A DNA stretch of 35,947 bases, from assembly GCA_030167865.1 (NCBI GenBank), contig JALAGF010000359.1, forward strand, positions 1 to 35,947, read 5' to 3'. Origin of the DNA: Craspedostauros australis (taxonomy: Eukaryota). Below the pieces are notes generated by a model that made no database searches, had not been told where the DNA came from, and was given only the letters and a program-made list of their open reading frames with translations. A program made the position numbers and the translations under genes. How positions within the stretch are numbered: the first letter of the stretch is position 1; each line of letters starts with the position of its first letter. Positions 20,401 through 29,600 of the stretch are shown here, in pieces.

Positions 20401-23400
20401 CTCATGTTTCCTGTGTGTATCCGCAGTGGTTGATGGCGTATTCGTGCTGTAGAGCAGCCTTTCTCACCCGCGATACTCTTACGGCGATGGGATGCTTGTA
20501 CCTGTGTGATCCACAATGTTGCCATAAATGCGCACGAGAGGAGTTGTTGGTCTATCTCTGCAGAAAAGATGATGGGCTGAGACAACAACCATGGGCTCGA
20601 AATGACCCTTGTTTGTCGCTGATTGAGATAGTTTCGTGATCCCTCTCTTGCGTTCCCGTTGTGCCCATGTCCCACGACGTTCACTCTCTTGTTGCCAAAA
20701 GTCTCTTCTGTTGGGAATCGCTCTCTGTGGTGCTTCGGGAACGGTGCCACCAAACTCAATACGCTCAGAAGTATCACGACCCAAGGATCGAACCGATGTG
20801 GGATCGCGGTTGCACTGGTGCTGCGGCCAGGGATAAACGCCGTAAAACAACTGCCTTGTTGCAATCGTATCAACAAGTTCACAGGCGGTCTTGCTTTGAT
20901 CGATGTCAATTCCAATGGTCATTTTGTGCATCTTTCGACGTTCGTGTGGCAATCGTTCACCTCGTTGCCGCCACCATCGCCATCGTTGTTGATGTCTTTG
21001 GTCTTGTCTGTGTCTTTGTTGCTCTCCACTCTGAGATCGGTGCTGACAGGCATCATACCGTACGAGCTAACACACACTCAAACGTTACCGAGCACGCGAT
21101 CCACCTCTTTTTCCCGCCTGGAATATCGCGACACCCAACCGCCCTCTGTAATAGTCGCGCCCTCGATGGCAAAGAAGACGCAGCAACATCATCTTCCTCC
21201 CTTGTCTTTCCCGAAATGTGAACGCAATCCATCCCCTAACTTTCCTTTTCCCGCTACACTAACAAGATTAAAGGCCGGTGCCACGATGCCGCATGCACCA
21301 TGTGCACTCGCAACGCTCGCAGCTTTCTCGGGAGGATGGATCAATCTCCAAGGTGTCCGATGCGATGATGCGAATAGCGGGACTTCGTCTGTGGGTGAAA
21401 GGTTTCGCGCATCGACTTCAATTGGACCTGTAGGCGCAGAGCACGGCACCGAGTTGGACATGGAGATGTGGGCCTTGCCCTCGCCACGTTCGCTTGGGAA
21501 TGAGCCAGTGTCGCTCGTAGAACGCTCCACTGAACTCTGCTCTGCCGCGCTCGCACGAACAGAAGAGTTGGCCATGAATACGACTACGAGTAGAAACATA
21601 GTCAGGAGTAAAAATCAGGTAGAAGCGCATTTCAGAATGTTGTCTTGGTGCATGTCCGTCGTACCAGTACAGTACGACTATATTCATGCCCACGCCCAGG
21701 CTCGTCTGGGGTGCCTCCCGAAGATCATGGCGCAACTGGAGCACCATACATGCCTGCACTGCGAGCTATACAAGCCATGTGAGGCGCGAGGTGGGAGGAC
21801 GGAAAAAGAAGACCACAATCCCTGTCACAGTGCACGATGTTGTCTTGCTCGCGTGGGCTCGACCAGCGACAAAGAGGTAGAACCTGCGGAACATCGCAAA
21901 CGGTTTGAGGAAATCACAGAATGAGACGTGACACTCCTCTGCGAGTACCTATTTGCAGCAAGTCTGAGGATCATGTGCCAACGTTGGAGAGGTTGCGACC
22001 TGTGTGTAATGAATCTTGATGGCAGAGATCATGGTCGAGATTGGCAACGAAGACAAAGAAGAAGCAACCGCAAGTCGCAACATCAAGATGTGGATGGTGT
22101 GGGTCAAGTACGTGGCGGCAGGAGGTGAGTGAGGACAAGTTAATCCAGTCATGTTCCTTACATTTCGGTTTTCAAGTTCCAGCCTGAACAAGCCCATGAA
22201 ATTGCCTCATGTCAACGATCAAAACAACACCGATGGGCGTCATTGTGAAGATGACCAACCGCGCCTGTGATTATATGCCTTGGTTTGTGACAACCATTTC
22301 TGCTCATACCCTCGCAGAGACCGAGACAGACCTTTGCATCTCACACAAACAAAACGAAGCTGTGCCGATTGGTCGTGGTCCCGCCCACCACCATGGGCAC
22401 GAGAAACGATAGTCATTCATGGCGCAGCCGCGCTCAACGAGCACGAAGAAGGGAACACATTCGTTTGCCCATCTGCGGTTGGATTCCAATGCCGATTCTC
22501 TCTCTCTCCCTTTCGAAACCACTTCAATGACGAAGGTTGACTCTCCCTTTCTCTGTGTCGTCCTTATTCCATCAAAGTGAACGCCAACGTCACTGCATCA
22601 GCCAACGTGAAGAGTGACGACTGTTTCGAAGCGTGTCAAGGAACTGCTCCACGAACTTATGGGACAGGCAGAACTGAGGGACACGTGCCTCCCGAATGAT
22701 GCCAGGAATTCATGTTTCCGAGAACCAAGCTCATCTTGGCCGTGCTGCGTACGATTCATCGAAGGGCTTCACGTCGATTGAACTGGGACGAGCATTGCAG
22801 GTACAAGACAAATGAGAGCTAGCGTGGTCTGCCTCTGCTCTCCATCAAGTGTGCAAATAAGCTCGATGCTGTGGTCTTGTGGATTCCAAATCCACTTGCA
22901 ATTCCCAACTTCAATGTCTGTGACTATGCCTTGTGATGTTGCCTTCGGAGTGCACCAAGATGGAGACCAACAAACGCAACACATGCAGCCAGAGCATGTG
23001 GTGGCAGAGCAGAAGAAGGCCAGCCCAATCAAGCGAGCAAGAGCAATGCAGATGCGATGTTCAAGAGCCATATCACCTGTGCCATGCCAGGTACTTATTC
23101 GCGATGCCTTGCTTAGACCATTTACTGTACTCTCATAGACGTTGTTGCCGTGGTTGCTGCGAGGGTCTGTTTCCTGATGCTGCTGATCTGGCTGCATCAT
23201 CTGCCATCGGGTTTTGATCGCGTCCGCAGGTACGATTGCACACTCAGTCGTACGTACTCGTGTGCACTATACAAGTATGGTACTACATGTGTTCGCCTCC
23301 AACCTCCAGCTGATCGACTCCTTCGTCGAGCTTCTTTCTTGCTCTCTCTGCTGCTGCTTGAACCAAGATTGATTGGAATGTGGTTTGGGAACCGCAACGG

Positions 23401-24030
23401 TACTGATTCACAGCAAGACACAAGAATTGCCTATTCCCACCAAGAAAAGCATCTCTTCCACAACGTCTCGCCCTTGTCTCCCATTGCCGCTCCAGAGGAC
23501 TTCAACCAACCAATGATCTTACACCGCTGCGACAGCGACATCAATTGCAGCTTTGCGCCTGTGATGTGAAGGGTTTTGCTTTCCACATCTTTTGCGTCCA
23601 TGCCATCGCATTGTGTTGAATCCGTTCGGATCGCCGGTAAGGGACACAATGCGGGTTCACAAAGACGCTGGCAGCTCTGTTGAGTTGATGGGAAAGGCGT
23701 TCCGCCTGTTTATGTTTCGCGTGTGCCTTGATGAGTCATTGTGTGAAGCGTACTCTGGAGCCAACTTTCAGCCTGAACTGCGAGTATCCGTGTCGCAGCA
23801 GGAGAGTGGAAGTTCCCTTTCTGCTGATCCATTCTCCCCTCACTTTTCCATGTCCGCTGTCCGAGACTGAAACCGGAAGAGGAACTGTACGTGTATGCAT
23901 GGTATTATATGGTGCCATGCGCCTGTATCTCATGGTGCCTGCTGCGGTGGGGCATTGGAATCATAATCCAAGTTCAACGAATGAACGAACGAACGGAGTG
24001 AACACGGAACCACATCGAATGCGACATCCA

Positions 24031-25689
24031 TCACTGAGCAGAAGATGCCTTCCGACCACGAACACTCGAACCACGCTTTGGCTTCTTCTTGGATTCCTGC
24101 AGCTTCTGCTGCTGCTCCTTCTGCTTGCGGGAGATGTTACGGAATCCCATGGCGACCTTCTCGCGCGCCACATCATCCACGACCTCGATCCACCAGTTGG
24201 GATCGTCGGGATCGCGCCGAAGGAACCGGCCGCCCGAATCCTTGACGGCCTGGATGATGTCCATGCATATCTGCGTTTTGATGGTGCGCGTGGAGGCCTT
24301 GTCATGATTCGGCTTCGCCTCCTCCACCATGCCCATCATGCGGACGGTGCCGGGATACTTTTGGAACGGCATGCCGCGGCCCAGCAGGACATCGTTGGCG
24401 CGCGGGATGTCGTACCTGTCCGCGCTGCGTCGCTTCTCCTCCTGTTGCAGCGCGGCTTGTTCGGCTGCCAGCAATGCCGCACGACGGCGCATGAAATCGT
24501 CGCGCTTGAGATCGCCCTTGTCGTCGACGGGGATGACGTGCCTGGGGATGCCGAACGAGTTGAGACTGTACTGACACTCGAGATGCGACCCGAAATGGGA
24601 GCGATTTCTCACGAGCCACGATTTGGGACCCACGGAGAGCATCATGGAGAAGAGGCCACGCAACTTGTGATCCTCAAAGCAGAAGTGGATGCTCTGCGCG
24701 CGGACCGGCAACCCGTGGATGATGAGGTGCTTGCTCTGCTTGCTCATCTGCGGGTAGAAGGCGCTTATGGGGCAACCCACCGTGTAGGATACCAGCACGA
24801 TGCCCTTTCGCTGAGAGGCGACGTCATTTTGCATGCAGCTCATGACCAGGTACCAGTACACGCGCAGCATGGCCATGATGTCAGGCTCTGGCCGGAACTT
24901 GTACAGGTTGAAGTACACGGCACGGTCGGCCGTGTCCCTGGCGTCCGGGAACAACTGCACGGAGCCCCTGTCGAAGAGATCCTGCTCATCCTGCGACAGA
25001 TCCGTGTAACGCAGGCGCCGCGGCAGCAGCTGGGGACTGAAGAGCTGGTGCTTGTAACGAAAGTGCTCCACCATGCGCTTGGCGGCCTTGGTGGCATCGA
25101 AGCGTTCCGCGCGCAGGAACATGAGGCGGAAGTCGCGGTCCCTGACGAAGGTGGGGTTCATGAAGAGCGCCCTGTCGAGATCGGCCTTGTGGCGCACCTT
25201 GGACACCTCGTAGTCCAGATCCGCAAGGCGCTGCTCGATGAAGCCAGGCTCCTCCTCGATCTGCTTGGACACGCCGTGCACATCCTCGTAGACCGTCTCG
25301 CGTTCATTGAGCGAGAGCTGTTCCATCTCCTTCGCCATGATCACGTCGGCCTCCGTCGGTTTCATCTCCTCCTTCTGCGCCGACGAATCTCGCGACCATC
25401 GGATGGTGGACGCCGACAGCACGGAGCTTGGCGCGGCACCAGCCGACGTGGCGTTCTTCTGGCCAGCGCTGCTGGGACGGCCGTCCGCGATGCAAGGGAA
25501 GAAGCACTGCATCCCGTCGTTGGTGGTGCTCGCGCTGGCCGTGCTGAAGCAGCCATCCTCGTCGCTGGTGGCGCTGCTGTACCCGCTGCCTTCCGCGGAG
25601 TAGCTCCCGCGATGGCGTCGGAAGTCGCCGGCCTCGTAGTTGGTGTCATCCGTGTTGCCGACCGCTTCGGAACTTCGTGGGCGCTTCAT
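24031..25689 (-). CDS. CRAL-TRIO/Sec14-like + DUF6824-domain protein (paralogue C), ~552 aa, single exon
   Basis: First ATG at 25689 (MKRPRSSEA). IMAKEMEQLSLNERETVYEDVHGV, FRLMFLRAERFDATKAAKRMVEHF, RDTADRAV, YWYLVM...SQRKG, FGSHLECQYSLNSFGIP, DVLLGRG, GGRFL...WWIEVVDDVAREKVAMGFRN, basic tail KKKPKR. Confidence 0.88.
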   Translation of the reverse strand: MKRPRSSEAVGNTDDTNYEAGDFRRHRGSYSAEGSGYSSATSDEDGCFSTASASTTNDGMQCFFPCIADGRPSSAGQKNATSAGAAPSSVLSASTIRWSRDSSAQKEEMKPTEADVIMAKEMEQLSLNERETVYEDVHGVSKQIEEEPGFIEQRLADLDYEVSKVRHKADLDRALFMNPTFVRDRDFRLMFLRAERFDATKAAKRMVEHFRYKHQLFSPQLLPRRLRYTDLSQDEQDLFDRGSVQLFPDARDTADRAVYFNLYKFRPEPDIMAMLRVYWYLVMSCMQNDVASQRKGIVLVSYTVGCPISAFYPQMSKQSKHLIIHGLPVRAQSIHFCFEDHKLRGLFSMMLSVGPKSWLVRNRSHFGSHLECQYSLNSFGIPRHVIPVDDKGDLKRDDFMRRRAALLAAEQAALQQEEKRRSADRYDIPRANDVLLGRGMPFQKYPGTVRMMGMVEEAKPNHDKASTRTIKTQICMDIIQAVKDSGGRFLRRDPDDPNWWIEVVDDVAREKVAMGFRNISRKQKEQQQKLQESKKKPKRGSSVRGRKASSAQ

Positions 25690-25715
25690 CTCCGAATTGA
25701 CTTCTTCTGTGAATG

Positions 25716-25815
25716 AATGGAGAAGAGGATCCGGGAGGTATGGCTGATCTGTTCCGTCCTGTCTCGTCACTGCAGTTACCACCGGCCAATGGAGAAGAGG
25801 ATCCGGGAGGTATGG
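25716..25815. repeat. Perfect 28-bp direct repeat (two copies, 72-bp period, 44-bp spacer)
   Basis: aatggagaagaggatccgggaggtatgg at 25716-25743 and 25788-25815, just upstream of the paralogue C start codon. Confidence 0.9.
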
Positions 25816-26434
25816 TATGACACTGGCGTCAGCAAGGTTCAATCCAATCCAAGCCAAGCCCAGTCCCTCGCTCCTTTGCTGTTCCTTCCCTTCTTTCTTT
25901 CTCTCGCTCTCGCAACTGTGGATCGCTATCCCGATGTCTGATCGTCAACGATCAGCAGCCTGAAACTAATGACGACGCAAATGCTGATGATGCCTTGGGA
26001 TTCGTCGCTTCAATACTGCTTCTGTGCTCTTGCTGTCATGTGATCAACCGCCAGCATCTCGCTCCAGCACAGGGACGGACGTCCGCACCCGCACGACCGC
26101 AAGCGCTGTGGCGTTCGAAACGGCATGAGCAACACAACAGAACGCACTTCATGTCCCGTCAAGGACATGTCCGTTCGTTGGTACTGGCGAAAAACACGAT
26201 CGTGGAAGAAAACAACGAACATTTGACATTCTGCACACTTCATTCACGAGCATCAGTTTCCTCTTGCCGCAATAGAATATCATTGAGTCTAGAGAGAATT
26301 GGGCGATTCTTGTCTCCACACGAAGCATCTTGTGTTGCAGCGTCGCTTGCCAACAGCGAGACATGGGGCATCTATCACAAGATTCTCTTGGTTATGGCAT
26401 GTTTGTATTCCTCCCTGCTGTGTGCTGCTCTGCC

Positions 26435-29246
26435 CTACATCATGTGTGCCTCGAATCGAGACATGATGTCGCGTGCGCTGCGATCAATTCCGAGCAACCC
26501 GGCGAAGGTTGAGAGCGCCCTGCCTTCCTCGCTGATCTTCATCAGCCGGGCCTTGCTGGTTGGGGACTGGGCGACGGATTGCGTCTTCAAGTATCTGTAC
26601 TGGTTGTATAGGCATTCCATGGCGCCGGTCAAGACGGCGGGGATGGAAGCGCGCAATGGTTCATCCAGATCCTTGGCGCTTGCCACCTTGCCAGCCACAT
26701 CCTCGCTGGTGCGCGGCAGCAGTTGCAACGACGTCAAGATGTCCATGCACGAATCCGTCTGCTTCAAGACAAGATTCTCGAAGAAGAGGCACAGCAGGGC
26801 GAGACGTCTGTTGGTCTCCACCAGGTGACGTTGGCCTTCCTTCTCGAGTGCGTTCAGAACGATCGATTGCTTCGAAAGGTGCGTGGAATACAGCATCTCC
26901 GATTGTTGGCGCCAGTACCTGCTCATGTGTTGGCATGTTTGTATGGTATTGCACGTTGTCGAATGAGGCATATGTATGAGTATGACACAGTTGCGTTGTG
27001 TGGAGAAAGGGTGAGCATGTTGACCAAGCGAGACGGGGTGAGCAAACATCGAACCAAGTCATATATTTCAAGTGGACGTACGTTCGTTCCGAGTTGACAT
27101 CGCTGGGTGGACTCATCATCTGGTTGAGGACGTGAATGACGGAGGAGTATCTTCCGGCCAGCATGAAGAGGTTCAGCGAGTTCTGGACGCTGGCCCTGTC
27201 GGCCGCAGCCTTGCGCACATCCTCGGCGGCTGCAGCGATGGCGTCGCTGGCCTCGTTGTACGGCAGATGCTTGTCGAGCTCCGCCTCCTGGCGGATGCCG
27301 TCCGCGGATAGCTGACCTGCCAGGTTGCCGCCATTGGCATAGCTCCTTCCGACCAGTGTCGCGATCTCCTTTTTGCGCCGGTGCGATTCCTTGATCTTCA
27401 GCAGGTACATCAGCGCCGACGTCGAACCGTTGGCAAGCGAGGTTTGCAGGTACGCTGCGTAGGCCACGATGATATCATGGGCGACGCTGTTGCTCTCGTC
27501 TTGGCCGCTGCTGCTGCCCACGTCGCCAACAACTTCGTCGACGGAGAGGATACAGAGAACGAGATGAGCTGCCTGCAGCAAACTGGCGCCGCTGCCTGTG
27601 TTCGTGAGCGAAACGAGCGCGGATGAAAACTGCTGCGTCAGAAGCAAGGCCAGCGTCTGGGACCATTTGCCACCGCCCAAACCATCGAAGTAGCTGGCCT
27701 CGAAGCCGCGGATGTGATCACCTAGCTTGGCCACGGCGACCATGGGATCCGAGGAATGGATGACCTTCCACTGGCAGCCGAAGATGTAGTCCTCGATGGT
27801 GCCGAATCCCACCATGCCGTTTCCCGATGGAAGCATGCGCTTGCCACACAGCAATGCGAGCGACCCCAGCTTGTAGGCATTGCCGTCGCCGACGACGGAC
27901 AGAGAATCGTAGAGCATCTCGAGCTCCTGCGTTTCGTGAGACGTGAGAGCGACAGAGCGGGTCTCCCACAGGCATCCCATCCTGCCCTGACGTTGCCCCA
28001 GCGCCTCGATGGCTCTGCTCGCGGCCGTCTCGATGTCTCCAGCACGCGCGAATTGCAACATCTGCGTTGCTGACACAGCATCACCCGATCGCAAAGCTAT
28101 CATAGTCATGATTGTGGGTTTGTATACAATTGGGCAAGCGGCAGCAATCGAATGGTAAGATAGGTACTGATATTCATTGTGAGATCGAACCAAGATGACA
28201 ATAAATGTGAGACACAACGTACGAGGACTTCGCAAACGGAATGATTGTTGCCACCAATGCATATTGACACACAGCGCGGCAAAGACAATGGCAAGTTGCT
28301 TGCCCATCGTATGACATTACATTGCACGAGCAGCCACAACGCACCAACGGAACTCACCGAAGTAGATCATATGCCAGATGGTGGCGTTGGCACCGAACTC
28401 CAAATCGACATACTTCTGTACCGTCCGGATCATGTCTCCCTGCGTATCAAAGCCCGAAGCCTGCACGCGGTTGGCCATGTTCTCCCGAAACTGCTTCGAC
28501 AGGTAATCCAACGACCCGATGACCCTTTCGATGGGAGACGTCGATCGGGCCACCAACATGCTGGCGAGCAGACGCCATGCGAGACCGTAGTAGTATCCCT
28601 GCTGCGGCGGCAGCGTGCGCGCGCAGTGTTGGAACTGCGCGATGACCTCGTCGGTGTTGCCCGTCTTCTTGGACAGAGTATTCTTGACGATCTCCATGTG
28701 CTGCTCCACGACCACGAGATCGACGTCCGCACCCAGCGCCGTGAATTGGGACGGATCCCAGCGCGCCAAATTGGAGACCATGGACTTGCGCGCGCTTGCA
28801 GACAAGGACGCCTTCCCCACGTAGTCCTTTCCGATGATGTCCTTCATCCACCATCCCTTCTCCGCCTCCCAATCGCGCTTCGACTGCTCCTCCACCTTCG
28901 TCTCGATATCGCGGTTGACCTGCTCCAGCTCCCGATTCAGGATGCGATCCAAAGTCGCATTGCGATCGCGGCGCAGGTACTCTTCCACGTTGCACAGCGG
29001 CAGCATCGGCTTGGAGGCCGCAGCAGCTGGCGTGGCCAACGAGGAAATGAGCTTCCCCACGCTGGCGGCGTCGCCGAACAAGGAACCGCCCTGCGTCGTC
29101 TGGAAGGATTGCTGGATCTCGCGGTTCTCGGCATGCAGCACGGTCAAGGGTCGTGACCAGTTCTGCCGAGGCTGCTGCGTCGCGATGCCACCCGACAGCG
29201 TCGGCAGCGAAGTCGCCGCAAGGTCCGAGAGGCTTTCGATCTCCAT
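26435..29246 (-). CDS. NUP93: Nuclear pore complex protein Nup93/Nic96, three exons (29246-28358, 28096-27082, 26918-26435), ~795 aa
   Basis: N-terminal NVEEYLR...QSKRDWEAEKGWWM, LDYLSKQF, spliced junction IWHMIYF|ALRSGD (Nic96 IW..IYY.LR.G), NAYK, TIEDYIF, LLLTQQFSSALVSL, AAHL, and C-terminal RALSTFAG...MSRFEAHMM* resembling the Nup93 terminus. Both introns have canonical sites and restore the frame (889+1015+484 = 2388 nt). Confidence 0.88.
26919..27081 (-). other. Nup93 intron 2 (163 bp, phase 2)
   Basis: Minus-strand donor GAAC|GTACGT at 27081 and acceptor GCAG|GTAC at 26919, giving NSER-T-YWRQQ. Confidence 0.8.
28097..28357 (-). other. Nup93 intron 1 (261 bp, phase 1)
   Basis: Minus-strand donor TTCG|GTGAGT at 28357 and acceptor ATAG|CTTTG at 28097, giving IYF-A-LRSG. 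Confidence 0.8.
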
Positions 29247-29600
29247 CTTCGTTGCAATGCGAGTATGGATCAATTGATGTACGACTGTGATGAATTGGTC
29301 TTATTCTTTTGTGTTGTGGAGAAGTCTGGTGTGGATTGTGTCGCCAATTGATCGTTGCCTTTGGATGTGTTTTGTTGGTTGTGGTTTGCGATTTGAAAAT
29401 GGTTGCCGGCTTCGTTTGGGGACTAAAACATGCCTCGTGAATGGCACATCGGTACAATGATGAAGCTAGAGAATCAACCACAATTGCGGCCTCCTAACAT
29501 CGTGCTCAACTCAACTCACACAAGATCGCTGTAACATTGGATGCTCCTAATGTATTATATTTTGATTTGTCGTGAAAGAAACAAAAAAGGCTAGAGCGCT

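Noticed and set aside
20659-21924. 421-aa plus-strand ORF as a gene
   Set aside because: No recognisable domain, no GC3 bias like the neighbouring genes, non-ATG start; kept only within the unexplained-interval finding.
23728-25716. 662-aa plus-strand ORF
   Set aside because: Antisense shadow of paralogue C. GC3-rich codon usage removes stops on the opposite strand, and the translation has no motifs.
25716-25815. CRISPR-like repeat-spacer-repeat (28 bp/44 bp)
   Set aside because: Only two repeat copies, no palindrome, no cas genes, eukaryotic context.
26661-28307. 548-aa ORF as a stand-alone protein with a signal peptide
   Set aside because: It is Nup93 exon 2 plus read-through into both flanking introns.
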